NCBI GenBank assembly: GCA_964016885.1
Contig: OZ024751.1
Coordinates: 46,686,001 to 46,750,000 of the forward strand
Source of the DNA: Eledone cirrhosa
Taxonomy: Eukaryota
Length of the DNA: 64,000 bases
Reading direction: 5' to 3'
The position numbers were made by a program, and so were the translations under genes. Every line of letters starts with the position of its first letter. The stretch's first letter is position 1. Shown here piece by piece: positions 15,188 to 28,639 of this stretch. Under the pieces are notes generated by a model. That model was not told the DNA's origin, searched no databases, and saw nothing but the letters and a program-made list of their open reading frames with translations.

Positions 15188-15770
15188 AGAGGTTAAGGCA
15201 AATATTACTTAAGTTATGCTAGAAGCAGACAAAGGTGAAGAAGAGGAAAAAGAAAAAAATCAACTGAAGAGGTAGATTCTGCACCAAAATGACTTTTCTT
15301 CCTTTACAAACATTGAGTTTTCGTCTTTTGTAACTCCTGGTACAAAAACTTTCTTCACGAGATTTGCTATCAGCTACGATTTCCTCGACAAAGACCCTTC
15401 AACATGGAAGGATGATCCTGGTTACAAAAGTGGACTTGAAAAACTTGAGAAAACAGTTGTTGTGAATGATGTTGCAGAAAGAGGTGTCAAACTCATTCAG
15501 ATTACTATAACATTCTCACAAAAGATGAAACTGAGAAATAATTTGTTTTACAGATGGTTACCGAAAACCGTAAAACATACCCAACTGCCATTAAATCCCC
15601 TCTTATGCAAAAATAGTGTTCACATTATGTTTTTGATTCAAGATGTTTGAGAGTCGCCTAACAGTTGAGCGATTGAGCTGAAATTTTTCACACTTCGTCC
15701 TTTTGTTGATTGGAACTGGATTAGGGGATGGGAGCAGCAAAATAACTTTCGAAAAATTACCTATTGCTAA
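15187..15770 (+). mobile_element. Decayed DNA transposon, transposase C-terminus (Sola2-like) plus right end
   Basis: Translates FVTPGTKTFFTRFAISYDFLDKDPSTWKDDPGY...VVNDVAERGVKLIQ/DYYNILTKDETEK*FVLQMVTENRKTYP with stops and a frameshift; the VVNDxAERGVKL motif is typical of this transposase type. Confidence 0.7.
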
Positions 15771-16382
15771 AAGGCCACCATAATATATATATATATATAT
15801 ATATGGAAGCAATCAGCTTTGTTCAGATCTGGAGAGAGAAGGCCTCCGTCCAATTGAACAATTGAACTGGTCAAGACTCGCCGTATGAAACTACGGTGAT
15901 TCTGGGACTCCAGCAGTAGTTATAGGGTCCATTCCATGGTATGGCACAGTATATATATTAAAAAAAAAACCCCAACATCTTATTACTTCCAAGGAATGGT
16001 GTTTCCTTATTTAAACTCCTCTTTCCTTTTAAGTTCTTGTTTATTTTTCTATTTCCAACAAAAGCTAAGACTAACGAAATACCAATGACACTTCAACTAA
16101 GAACTTGCTTACTCACGCTTTACATTCAATCTTGACGCCATCCCGTTACTTAACGCTACGTACCTTCCTCTGCATATGTACATACATACATACATACATA
16201 CATACATACATACATACATACATACATACATACATACATACATACATACATACATACATGTGTACATACATACATACATACATACATGTGTACATATATA
16301 CATACATACGTACATACATTTATACATATGTACATACGTACATATATACATACATACATACATACAAACATACACACATATA

Positions 16383-16427
<45 letters not shown>

Positions 16428-16738
16428 ATATATATATACACACATACATATACACATACATTTATTCATATATACAAACATACATATGTACATACATACA
16501 TACAAACATACATACATATACACAAACATACATACATATATGCATACATACATATATACAAATATACATACATATATACATACATTCATACATGTATGCA
16601 TATAAACATACAGGCATACATACATATATACATATATGTGTGTGTGAGTGTATGTCTGTATATTTACATACATATATAATACATAAGTATATGTATTCAT
16701 ATATATATGTTTGTGTATTTATATAATATATACACACA

Positions 16739-16783
<45 letters not shown>

Positions 16784-16869
16784 GTATATATGTATGTATG
16801 TATATATGCATGTATTTGTATGTGTATATAAAATCGTGTGCGTGTGTGATTACGTGTGTGTGCGCGCGC

Positions 16870-16906
<37 letters not shown>

Positions 16907-17371
16907 ATACATTTGGATGAATTGTTCGGTATTGACATTTGGGGTGGGTTAGCCAAACAGGTTTAAAGTAGAGAGAGAGAGAGTGTGTGTGTGTGAGAGA
17001 GAGAGTGAGAGAGAGAGTGAGAGAGAGAGAGCGACAATTAGTTAGACATACACAAAGACAGACTGCCAAACAGACAGAAAACCTAACAGACGTGCAGGCA
17101 GACAGACGTGCAGGCAGGCAGACGACAGGCAGGCAGACGACAGGCAGGCAGACGACAGGCAGACAGACAAGTAGAGAGACGAAGACATGAAGAAAACCAG
17201 TAAATCTATTTATCAAAAAGAATAATAATATAAAATTAATGAAAATAATTATTTAAAGCAACACGCAAAAAGAATCCTCTGATATTTTACACCACACCAC
17301 ACCACACCACACCAGCACTACCATCTCCACCACTCCGTCACACATACAGCCTGTATATGTATATATGTATG

Positions 17372-17564
<193 letters not shown>

Positions 17565-17565
17565 T

Positions 17566-17672
<107 letters not shown>

Positions 17673-17748
17673 TGATTGTAATTCTTGGCTCAAATATAGG
17701 ATCAGTTTTTGCAGAGAAACAATAATGAAAAGAGTGATACACGCACAC

Positions 17749-17854
<106 letters not shown>

Positions 17855-17950
17855 ATTTATAAATATATATATATAAATATATATATATATGTATATATAT
17901 ATATAGATAGATTAGTGTGTATATGCATGTATGTACGACATGTATAGACG

Positions 17951-17999
<49 letters not shown>

Positions 18000-18017
18000 G
18001 TATATATATATATATAC

Positions 18018-18055
<38 letters not shown>

Positions 18056-18065
18056 GTATATACGT

Positions 18066-18101
<36 letters not shown>

Positions 18102-18120
18102 GTATATATATATATATATA

Positions 18121-18213
<93 letters not shown>

Positions 18214-18852
18214 TAAGAAAGAAAGCATGTGTGGATATGGTTCCCACAAACTTGGCGATCTGAGTTCCAAACCTGTTTCCCGCGATTCCTTTCACTTAAA
18301 CAACAACAACAACAATAGCAACAACAAAAAGCTCTCCATTGTTATCATGTATTAACATCGGTTGTTGCTGCTGTTGTAGTTGTTGCACTCCTACTTGTTA
18401 TTCTAGTTATTGTTTTCATACATTCATTTGGTTCGTCAATAACGATCTTTATGATGATGACCATGATGATGATGATGATGATGACGATGACGATATTGTT
18501 GTTGCTTTGTTTGTCATATTTTCATTGATGCGGTTACATGTTTGTTGTTTTTGTTGTTATTGTTGTTGTTGTTGTTGTTGTTGTTGTCGAGGCTCAGGTC
18601 ACGCGGCATACCACATGATCTCTCTTCTAAACCTTTGTCTGATACTCCAGCCAATTGACGTAAACCCTTGAGAATCAGACCGAAGAGCTTTTCAATTGTT
18701 TTTTTTAAACTTTTTTTTTTTTTTCTACGGCCCCTTTTAGAAGGATGAAGATTTGAACTCAGAATGAATTCAGAGTCGGTCAAACGCCTTCTCCATTCTG
18801 TCCGCCGAGGCTGTGGGGAGGCCAGTACGTGGGATCCCATTTGCTCACCATA

Positions 18853-19638
18853 CAGAGAGATGGGGAGAGCGAGAGAGATGGGGAGAGCGAGAGAGATGGG
18901 GAGAGCGAGAGAGATTGGGAGAGCGAGAGAAATGGGGAGAGCGAGAGAGATGGGGAGAGCGAGAGAGATGGGGAGAGCGAGAGAGATGGGGAGAGCGAGA
19001 GAGATGGGGAGAGCGAGAGAGATGAGGAAAGCGAGAGAGATGGGGAGAGCGAGAGAGATGGGGAGAGCGAGAGAGATGAGGAGAGCGAGAGAGATGGGGA
19101 GAGCGAGAGAGATGGGGAGAGCGAGAGAGATGGGGAGAGCGAGAGAGATGGGGAGAGCGAGAGAGATGGGGAGAGCGAGAGAGATGGGGAGAGCGAGAGA
19201 GATGGGGAGAGCGAGAGAGATGAGGAGAGCGAGAGAGATGAGGAGAGCGAGAGAGATGGGGAGAGCGAGAGAGATGGGGTGAGCGAGAGAGATGAGGAGA
19301 GCGAGAGAGATGGGGAGAGCGAGAGAGATGGGGAGAGCGAGGGAGATGGGGAGAGCGAGAGAGATGAGGAGAGCGAGAGAGATGGGGAGAGCGAGAGAGA
19401 TGGGGAGAGCGAGGGAGATGGGGAGAGCGAGAGAGATGAGGAGAGCGAGAGAGATGGGGAGAGCGAGAGAGATGGGGAGAGCGAGAGAGATGGGGAGAGC
19501 GAGAGAGATGGGGAGAGCGAGAGAGATGGGGAGAGCGAGAGAGATGGGGAGAGCGAGGGAGATGGGGAGAGCGAGAGAGATGGGGAGAGCGAGAGAGATG
19601 GGGAGAGCGAGAGAGATGGGGAGAGCGAGAGAGATGGA
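18853..19638. repeat. 18-bp minisatellite (GAGATGGGGAGAGCGAGA)n
   Basis: About 43 near-identical units; explains the REMGRA/SLALPI pseudo-ORFs. Confidence 0.97.
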
Positions 19639-19931
19639 GGCGATGACAGTGGGAGTCTTCCACGTTCGGACCATATCCTTGTGGTTGTGTACATTATTCA
19701 TTACTCCCATATATTGTCCCCATTTATATTAATTTTATTCTTCATTCATTTATATAAATAAATCTACCAGATGGTGGAACTGAACAGACACGGCCGGTGG
19801 TTCTTGCTATATAGGCTGTGCCTTGCGGCTGGAGGAAATATAAATATATATATTGTGACATGCAAATCATTCTTTGTAATGTATGCCTGGTGACTTAACC
19901 AAATGTTGGCTATGCCGATGGACAGAAATAC

Positions 19932-20010
<79 letters not shown>

Positions 20011-20163
20011 ATATATATGTATGTGTGTATCTGGATGTATGTGTATGTATATATATGTGTGTGTGTGTATATATCTATATATATATATGTGTGTGTATGT
20101 GCATATATGTGTGTGTGTATGTGTGTGTGTGTATATATGTATGTGTGTGTGTATGTACGTGTG

Positions 20164-20213
<50 letters not shown>

Positions 20214-20344
20214 GATAAATCTACCAAGAGTTTACGGTAGTGTCCAATCCGTATGAAGAACTCAATGTATTCCGGATATCATGGAAAGAAGAGATGCAAT
20301 GAAAAATCACTTTCGGTGAAAGATAAACGGAATACAGAGTCAAG

Positions 20345-20760
20345 ATAAAATATTAAAAAAATAATGAATAAAACAATGAAACAGTTCCTTATATTAAACA
20401 AAAAAAGTTCATTATTTAACGATCGTTTCTAGGATATATATGTGTTAGAATTGGCATGCATATTCAACAGATCTATGTACAAAATTATACAAAATTATAC
20501 AAACTATCAAAATTAAATATACATACCAAACACATATATATGCCGTCTTCAGAAATTATTTCTGAAGACGGCATATATATGTGTTTGGTATGTATATTTA
20601 ATTTTGATAGTTTGTATAATTTTGTATAATTTTGTACATAGATCTGTTGAATATGCATGCCAATTCTAACACATATATATCCTAGAAACGATCGTTAAAT
20701 AATGAACTTTTTTTGTTTAATATAAGGAACTGTTTCATTGTTTTATTCATTAATTTTTTA

Positions 20761-20769
<9 letters not shown>
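20345..20769. mobile_element. Large fold-back element (~210 bp arms) carrying a hammerhead
   Basis: Near-perfect palindrome centred on CAGAAATTATTTCTG (about 20557); right end abuts (TA)n and the left arm continues to about 20215. Confidence 0.9.
20555..20703 (+). ncRNA. Hammerhead motif with ~115-nt stem II domain
   Basis: ATTATTT-CTGAAGA-CGGC[ATATATATGTGTT ... AACACATATATAT]CCTA-GAAACGATCGTT-AAATAAT. Stem I is a perfect 7 bp and stem III is the palindrome ACGATCGT. Confidence 0.7.
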
Positions 20770-20809
<40 letters not shown>

Positions 20810-21369
20810 ATATATGTGTATGTATATGTATATGTATGTATGTGTGGATGAAGGTATGTGTGTGTATATATAGGTGTAAGTGCACTAAATCCCTTTCTAT
20901 CAATCTCCCCTCTCCTACCTACCACAGGAAGATATATGTATGTATATTGCTTCCACCCCCTCACTGACCAGCAGCTGGCCATCTGGCCATTGCTAAATTT
21001 GACCTTTATAAAATAACCCACACCTCCAAATAACTTCTCATTCACTACCAGAAAGGCACCCAGCAGTCAACGAGCTGCTACCAAGATGAAAACTACTGTG
21101 TAATCCCACAATGAATTTTATACTTGAATTTTCAAATCTCAAATTTTAACTCTTCTTATTATTAATTTTTCTTAATATTAATCAACATTTGAAAAGATGG
21201 CTTTTGCAGACCCATCGAAACCGGTCATTTTTTATACCCTATATTATTTCCTTACCTTATAAAATTATATGTTTTTTCACAAAAAAGTATTCTGTCTCTT
21301 ATATATTCCATGTGCCATTACCAACCTCAATTTTCTCTATAACCTTCGTTTTGTGTAGTAAATTACACT

Positions 21370-21408
<39 letters not shown>

Positions 21409-21593
21409 GAAATGACAGTAATATTTAACTCCGTAATAGCACCACCAACTACAAAAACAAAGACGGTTGAACTGCCTTACGTTGAGTACTCTCTATATTA
21501 TTGCATTACGATTGACCATACGGAATAGACCAGCTCTATACAGTGGTGAACCTCAAACCTGAATAAATATATATATATATATATATATATAAA

Positions 21594-21842
21594 ATTTATT
21601 AAAATAACAGATTAAAGTTTAAGCAAAGAATCGCTCCTTTCACCCTTAACGGGATCTTCTGAAAATAAAACAAAATTTTTAGTTTCAGAAGATCCCGTTA
21701 AGGGTGAAAGCAGCGATTCTTTGCTTAAACTTTAATCTGTTATTTTAATAAATATTTGCTCTACGGGTCTTATATATTTGATATATATTTATCCTTATCG
21801 AGCCCTGTTTGGATTTTAGTCTTCAAATTTATTATAATTACC
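21594..21842. mobile_element. Fold-back element, family B
   Basis: About 70-bp inverted arms (TTAAAGTTTAAGCAAAGAATCGCTGCTTTCACCCTTAACGGGATCTTCTGAAA); further pieces at 4466, 12090, 22415, 36036, 39114 and 43440. Confidence 0.85.
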
Positions 21843-21861
21843 ATATATATATATACATATA

Positions 21862-21953
<92 letters not shown>

Positions 21954-22082
21954 ATGTAGGAGGTGAGTTTTATTGTAGTACAATAAAGCAATGCAGATAT
22001 CGGATAAGAAGCACTCTACAGTTTGTAGGACTGGAGTATACATAATATATAAGATCAAAAGATGGTTAAAGGAGTTCCATGT

Positions 22083-22151
22083 ATTTTATTATGCGCATTT
22101 CAAAAACAAACATCATCATGCAATAATATTTGTGTTTTCATCAGATAAAAC
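22083..22151 (-). ncRNA. Type I hammerhead (family C, left arm)
   Basis: GTTTTAT-CTGATGA-[AAACACAAATATTAT..ATGATGTTTGTTTTT]-GAAATGCGCATA-ATAAAAT; stem III is the palindrome ATGCGCAT; the triplet is AUA. Confidence 0.82.
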
Positions 22152-22282
22152 AGGAGAACATGATATGAAGGCTAAAAAACACTTGTGGATAGTGCAGTTT
22201 TAAATCAACATTTGATTAAAAACAGTTGATTTAAAACTGCACTATCCACAAGTGTTTTTTAGCCTTCATATCATGTTCTCCT

Positions 22283-22351
22283 GTTTTATCTGATGAAAAC
22301 ACAAATATTATTGCATGATGATGTTTGTTTTTGAAATGCGTATAATAAAAT
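22283..22351 (+). ncRNA. Type I hammerhead (family C, right arm)
   Basis: Same fold on the + strand; stem III reads ATGCGTAT. Confidence 0.8.
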
Positions 22352-22964
22352 ACATGGAACTCCTTTAACCATCTTTTGATCTTATATATTATGTATATAT
22401 ATATATATATATACAGATTAAAGTTTAAGCAAAGAATCGCTGCTTTCACCCTTAACGGGATCTTCTGAAACTAACAAAGTCAATCTGTAAACGCAGAACT
22501 GGATATATATATATATATATATATATGCATGTTACTAAATAATATAAAAAAAAAAATATATATATATACAACAGAGATGTGGATCTGATAAAAAAATGTC
22601 TGGGATGGGTGAGAAAGTGAAGCAAACATACCACTCTCTCTTAAAGATGTTGACCATATAATTTCAATGAAAAGGCTATCATAAACTTCATATTTATTTT
22701 CATATTTATTGACTGTTTTGATCTGAACCGCATATTTAAAGTAATTGTTCCAAGGACATGAATTGAAACAAAATCACAAGGCTACAGACATATCGTGGGA
22801 GATCTGGTTTACATAAGACTCTGCAGCTTACATTCTGGAACTTGCAATGCTCTCACCTGCTGTATTGTGTCTCTTAAAACTCGATCTCACCCCAACCCGA
22901 ATGACGGCTGCATTCAATACTTCTACCTATATTACACTATCATCTTTCTCATTCTCCCTCTCCT

Positions 22965-22998
<34 letters not shown>

Positions 22999-23006
22999 GG
23001 TGTGTG

Positions 23007-23084
<78 letters not shown>

Positions 23085-23144
23085 TATTTATATATATGTG
23101 TGTGTGTATATATGTATACATATATATGTATACATATATATGTA

Positions 23145-23241
<97 letters not shown>

Positions 23242-23248
23242 GCAACAA

Positions 23249-23288
<40 letters not shown>

Positions 23289-23290
<2 letters not shown>

Positions 23291-23386
23291 CGAAGGAAAT
23301 GTGGTAAGGAACCCGGTGGACCATAACGCACCAAAGTACTCAATACTTAGGGTAGTAGAGTGGGTAATAGGAACAAGTAAGACCCC
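23289..23386. mobile_element. Family A tail fragment in (TA)n
   Basis: AACGAAGGAAATGTGGTAAGGAACC...GTAAGACCCC; stops exactly at GACCCC, next to the predicted GUC cleavage site. Confidence 0.75.
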
Positions 23387-23430
23387 ATATATATATTCAT
23401 ATAAATATGTGTATATATGTATATATATAT

Positions 23431-23620
23431 GAAGGCGCGTGGCTGAGTGGTTAGAGAATTGGATTCGCAATTGTGAGTTTGTGAGTTCGATTCCCGGACC
23501 GGTTGATGCAAGACTTTATTTCACGTTGCTCCTTCTACCTGGAGTTCTAACGGATAGATAGGATTAGCAATTGGATAGACCAATGAAGGCATTGTTTCCT
23601 CGGTCCGATTTGACGAAAGT
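23431..23620 (+). mobile_element. tRNA-derived SINE with alternative tail
   Basis: A box TGGCTGAGTGG and B box GTTCGATTCC, then CAAGACTTTATTTCACGTTGCTCC; between (TA)n tracts. Confidence 0.8.
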
Positions 23621-23682
23621 ATATATATATATATATATATACGATATTAAACAAATGGAAACTACATTTATAAAACCATATT

Positions 23683-23748
23683 TATTTCATTATATATATT
23701 TCAGGGATATCATATTAAAAATATGGTATGCCCTCTTCAGACAAAATA
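23683..23748 (-). ncRNA. Type I hammerhead (left arm)
   Basis: Reverse-complement copy of 23896-23961. Confidence 0.78.
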
Positions 23749-23895
23749 CAATATATAAACAGTTTTATAAATAAATTTGACATACCTTAAACTTTACAAC
23801 TTCCATTTAAAAAGTTGTTTTGGTAGTGTTTTTTTAAATGGAAGTTGTAAAGTTTAAGGTATGTCAAATTTATTTATAAAACTGTTTATATATTG

Positions 23896-23961
23896 TATTT
23901 TGTCTGAAGAGGGCATACCATATTTTTAATATGATATCCCTGAAATATATATAATGAAATA
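23896..23961 (+). ncRNA. Type I hammerhead (right arm)
   Basis: TATTTTGT-CTGAAGA-[GGGCATACCATATT..AATATGATATCCC]T-GAAATATATATA-ATGAAATA; the triplet is AUA. Confidence 0.78.
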
Positions 23962-24089
23962 AATATGGTTTTATAAATGTAGTTTCCATTTGTTTAATAT
24001 CGTAAATAAACTCCAAAACTTGTTGAGTGCTTTTATATCAGTTATAAAATATTTACTCGTTGTAACCCAACAATTTTAAATAAAACTTT

Positions 24090-24140
<51 letters not shown>

Positions 24141-24297
24141 TTACTATGTAGTCGTACTACCTGCCAGAAATAACAAAGAACTCTCCCCGGAGTAACATGC
24201 AGTACCGTCTTTAAAAGTCACAAGTTCGGGGGTAAAATTAGGACGTTCGCGTCTGGAACCTCTGTGATCAGAGATCTACTTGATCCGACCAGTTGTG

Positions 24298-24480
24298 GAG
24301 CTGAGGCTGAACTGAGCAGTGGCTTAACTGAGCTGACGCTGAGCTGACGCTGTGCTGAGCTGTCTCCTAAATGAGCTAAGCCTGAACTGAGATGTAACTT
24401 AACTGAGTTGAAGCCGAACTAAGCTGAGCTGAGGTAGAATGAGCTGAACTGTGGTTGAGCTGAGGTTCAAATGAGATGCA
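24298..24480. repeat. Degenerate pentamer repeat (GAGCT/GAACT)n
   Basis: Repeated CTGAG/CTGAA units. Confidence 0.75.
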
Positions 24481-24999
24481 GTTAAACATGCTGTGAATAT
24501 CTGATATCAGTGACCAAAAATTTATTAAAACTCAATTTGGCAACGCTGGGCTATAATTTTAAAAATGTTATCTATTCATTCATCCATTTTTCTATCTTTG
24601 CTTGTATGTCTGTCATGTATAAAGAAAATGTCATGTATACATGTGTGTATGTATTTATTTGTCTATGTGGATGAATATTTGTGTATATGTCTTTTCGTGT
24701 GTTTGTTTGAATATGTGTATGTTGGGTGTGGTGTGTGTGTGTTTGTATTGTTCGGTCGTCTGCTGCTGAATCCTAAATAGGACCAAATGGTGACAAGTTC
24801 AATGGCTTTAGTGTCTAGAATATACTAATTGATGGTTCCGATTCCCAGAGAAAATAGCGCCTCAAATCTGAGCTGATTTCATAATCAATATAATAGTAAA
24901 ATATACACATTTCTCACTGAGAAGCTCTGAGAAACGCTGATTGTTTTCGATTGAAAATAGTATGTAGCTGTATGTATGTATGTATGTAGGAGCTCTTAA

Positions 25000-25495
25000 G
25001 AGTCAATGGCCATCCAAAATCACTGGGAGAGATGACCCCTTAGCCTTTGTCAAGGCAGAATTCTAGGAGAAGGAAAACTCTGATATAACACCTGCAACCC
25101 TGATGGTATCCAATGATGTTGACTTGTTCTTCTTTTTGGTAAATATCATCTTGGTTAAGAGAGTGGGACTGGCTTTGTGCAGTGCCTTTGCTCACTATAA
25201 AAGCTTCACGGCACAGGCATTGCTTTATATCTGGAGATCTCTCTGCCCTTGTCATCACATGGTACCATGGGCCCAGCACTATGTGTCAATAATTGTCACA
25301 AGTGTAGTGTTTGTACCAGAGTTTTCAAGTCGCTGGCTGGACTAAAAAGTCACACTCGTTCAGCGCATCGGTAGGGGTTCTCCTACAGGGATATAAAGTA
25401 GTGGCCGTACTCGAAAACGAGTTGGCAGCCACCATGTATGTATGTATGTATGTATGTATGTATGTATGTATGTATGTATGTATGTATGTATGTAT
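25000..25495 (+). mobile_element. Non-autonomous RTE-like element, 5'-truncated copy with (TATG)n tail
   Basis: Near-identical to about 26620-27040; contains CTAGGAGAAGGAAAACTCTGA (RTE 5' UTR-like) and encodes [24 protein letters not shown]. Confidence 0.7.
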
Positions 25496-25540
25496 ATATT
25501 TACATATACATGTATATATGTATATATATATATAATTATG

Positions 25541-25573
<33 letters not shown>

Positions 25574-25627
25574 GTTTATATATATATGTATATATGTATA
25601 TGTATATATATATGTATATGTATATAT

Positions 25628-25661
<34 letters not shown>

Positions 25662-25764
25662 ATATGTATATAAATATATATATATATGTATATATAAATA
25701 TATATATATATATATACGTTTATATATATCTCTATATGTATGTATATATGTGTATATACACACA

Positions 25765-25846
<82 letters not shown>

Positions 25847-26281
25847 AAGGAAACGACAAAACAGGTATTATATATATATATTTGTGTGTGTGTGTACGTA
25901 TGTATGTATGTATGTATGTATGTATGTATGTATGTATGTATGTATGTATGTATGTATGTATGTATGTATGTATGTACGCAATGTATAGTATTGTTACTGT
26001 TGTTATATATATTACAATAGAATATCCTGTTTGTGTATCTCTGTGTCTGTCTTGTCTCCATCAACTCATATGTCTCACATCGAAGGAGCTATTGTAATAT
26101 TTACCAGAAAGCCTTCGTTACAGATGACCCTAAAACACTCTAGTCATTTCCTTTTACTAACAAACAATAAAGACCCTGAAGCTCTCACCTATTGTTATCG
26201 AATGTTGTTCTATTTCTTCTCTCTCCCCCACTCTCTCTCTCTCACACGCTTTATATTCATCTATTTATCTGTTATGTCTAG

Positions 26282-26312
<31 letters not shown>

Positions 26313-26453
26313 TGTATGTATGTATGTATGTATGTATGTATGTATGTATGTATGTATGTATGTATGTATGTATGTATGTATGCATGTATGTATGCATGTA
26401 TGTATGTATGTATGTATGTATGTATGTATGTATGTATGTATGTATGTATGTAT

Positions 26454-27130
26454 GTCAGGTCACCAGTTGGTGCTACTGGTAACATGTATCCCAGTACAAC
26501 CTGTCTCATGGTCGGGTCGTTGGCGACTAAACTGGCAACCCCACCAAGGTTTCTTGGTGAGGAGGGTGACTTTGGACATCCTGCAGGACAAAACCTGTCA
26601 AAGAGCAAAGGAGATTTTCAGTGTCAATGGCCATCCAAAATCACCGGGAGAGATGACCCCCTTAGCCTTTGTCAAGGCAGAATTCTAGGAGAAGGAAAAC
26701 TCTGATATAACACCTGCAACCCTGATGGTATCCAATGATGTTGACTTGTTCTTCTTTTTGGTAAAGAGAGTGGGACTGGCTTTGTGCAGTGCCTTTGCTC
26801 ACTATAAAAGCTTCACGACACTGGCATTGCTTTATATCTGGAGATCTTTCTGCACTTGTTGTCACATGGTACCATGGGCCCAGCACTATGTGTCAATAAT
26901 TGTCACAAGTGTAGTGTTTGTACCAGAGTTTTCAAGTCGCTGGCTGGACTAAAAGTCACACTCGTTCAGCGCATCGGTAGGGGTTCTCCTACATGGATAT
27001 AAAGTAGTGGCTGTACTCGAAAACGAGTTGGCAGCCACCATGTATGTATGTATGTATGTATGTATGTATGTATGTATGTATGTATGTATGTATGTATGTA
27101 TGTATGCATGTATGTATGCATGTTTGTATG
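26454..27130 (+). mobile_element. Non-autonomous bipartite RTE-like element, longer copy, embedded in (TATG)n
   Basis: 5' UTR-like part, C2H2 relic, 3' hairpin GTGGCTG..CTCG AAAA CGAG..CAGCCAC and a (TATG)n tail. Confidence 0.7.
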
Positions 27131-27181
27131 TACGTTTGTATATATGTATGTATGTTTGCAGTTATGTCTGTATGTATGTAA

Positions 27182-27215
<34 letters not shown>

Positions 27216-27602
27216 TTATGGTATGTGTATAAGCATTTCTTCTAACTTTAATTTTATACCTAATTGTGTATGGTTGACCGTATATTTAATCGATTTCCAC
27301 GTACTGTTGAAATGTTGGGTAAATATTCTATGGTGGTTGGCCGCGAAGAGATTGCTGTCGTTTATTTATTTACTATTTCTTCATAGGTGCCTTTTAATTT
27401 TATAGCCTGGTCTAATTGATTTTTTGTGTGGTTAATCATGCTAATTGGGAGAGGGAATGCTGTATATATATTATCAAATGATTCTATGGACATACTTTAT
27501 TGTATATATATAATTATATATATATATATATACCAATTGGAAAGGCCAATTGTAGCATTGTTTCCTCGGTTCGATTTGAGGAAAGTCGATCGACTGACTT
27601 TA

Positions 27603-27643
<41 letters not shown>

Positions 27644-27696
27644 TTGTATATATATATGTATGTTTGTATATATATATATGTTTGTATATATATATC

Positions 27697-27782
<86 letters not shown>

Positions 27783-27784
27783 CA

Positions 27785-28030
27785 TACCATATACGACACC
27801 TCAAGGGACGCCAAAGAGAAATACGCCATTAAATGGAAAATTCTAAATAAATTAAGACCATACATAAACGGGTCGAACCGATGTTACCTCTGCCCAGACG
27901 AAAGATGAAATATTTTTCAAACTCTTAAATATCCGCCCTGAATTTTTCAATCTCTGTCCATATGGATCTAAATTTCTTCTAAAAAACATGTCTAGACAAG
28001 ATTGACGAAACACTAGTTAAATATTAAGTT
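27785..28030 (+). mobile_element. Penelope-like element ORF 3' end (GIY-YIG endonuclease C-terminal relic)
   Basis: [33 protein letters not shown] ... LLNIRPEFFNLCPYGSKFLLKN matches the W.IL....PY.....C.LC..E...LLN.R.E....C.H..K pattern; 5' end abuts (TA)n. Confidence 0.72.
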
Positions 28031-28121
28031 TTTAAATAGATACATCGATACATCGATACATTTAAATAGATACATACATACATAGATGCCCACATATATA
28101 ATTTATTTTTAACTGTTTCAG

Positions 28122-28233
28122 ATACAAGATATTAGCATTTTCACCAGGGGCCAAAGTTGAAGCGACGGCACCAAACTGTGCGAAGATCGCCAAAGGTGTA
28201 AAACTTGAGGAATATTCTATTGGAGAAACAAAG
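28122..28233 (+). CDS. CHS: Myosin-motor chitin synthase, exon B (converter region); absent from the ORF track
   Basis: TTTCAG acceptor; first base completes the Lys codon from exon A; YKILAFSPGAKVEATAPNCAKIAKGVKLEEYSIGETK (myosin RY..L...G.TK motif); GTAATA donor; phase 2/0. Confidence 0.92.
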
Positions 28234-28319
28234 GTAATATTTGTTTACTTTTAATCATTTATTATTTTATTGCTTTCAATGGGGCATCGTTATTTAATCG
28301 ATCATTACTCATTTCAGTG

Positions 28320-28465
28320 TCTTGGAGCGTCGGATTAAACGTCTTGTGGTATTTGTCCGGGATATTTACGTTCAGAATTTAAATGACACTGGGATCAAGT
28401 TAGCCTTTCATTCTGCCGGGGTTGATAAAATTTGCTGGTTTTGTTCAGAGAATTAGAAGCCATTT
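28320..28465 (+). mobile_element. Decayed Nin/Deu-type SINE
   Basis: TTTACGTTCAGAATTTAAAT...GCCTTTCATTCTGCCGGGGTTGATAAAA. Confidence 0.55.
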
Positions 28466-28639
28466 TTATCTCAGTCTGTTATATGTTTTATCGATTCCTA
28501 TTGAAGCGCTAAGTCATATTTTGACTTAATGTGAGACAACTGGATACACTTGTGCCCACCAGTTTAATCTGGTTTACTCTAGCTTACTCTGAAATACAAA
28601 GGAAACTGTTTGATGGAACGCAGGTGTTGATGATGCAGA

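Larger units (their letters stand above)
21955..22397. mobile_element. Fold-back element, family C (~175 bp arms) with a hammerhead in each arm
   Basis: Palindrome 22037-22397 plus a unique tail 21955-22036; (TA)n on both sides; second copy inverted at 47315-47675. Confidence 0.9.
23640..24092. mobile_element. Fold-back element (~170 bp arms) with hammerheads
   Basis: Palindrome 23640-24004 plus a unique tail to about 24092; (TA)n on both sides. Confidence 0.9.

Noticed and set aside
18514-19761. ORFs of 270-400 aa (SLALPI, DGESER, REMGRA)
   Set aside because: 18-bp minisatellite open in most frames.
21185-21232. GATGG..CCATC-GAAACCGGTC hammerhead half; similar remnant at 56880-56923 (-)
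   Set aside because: The CUGANGA core is decayed; probably relics, but too degenerate to list as features.
23431-23500. Possible tRNA gene
   Set aside because: A and B boxes run into a SINE body, with no complete cloverleaf or terminator.
24298-24480. Resemblance of (GAGCT)n to immunoglobulin switch regions
   Set aside because: Short degenerate simple repeat in an invertebrate-type intron; similarity is coincidental.
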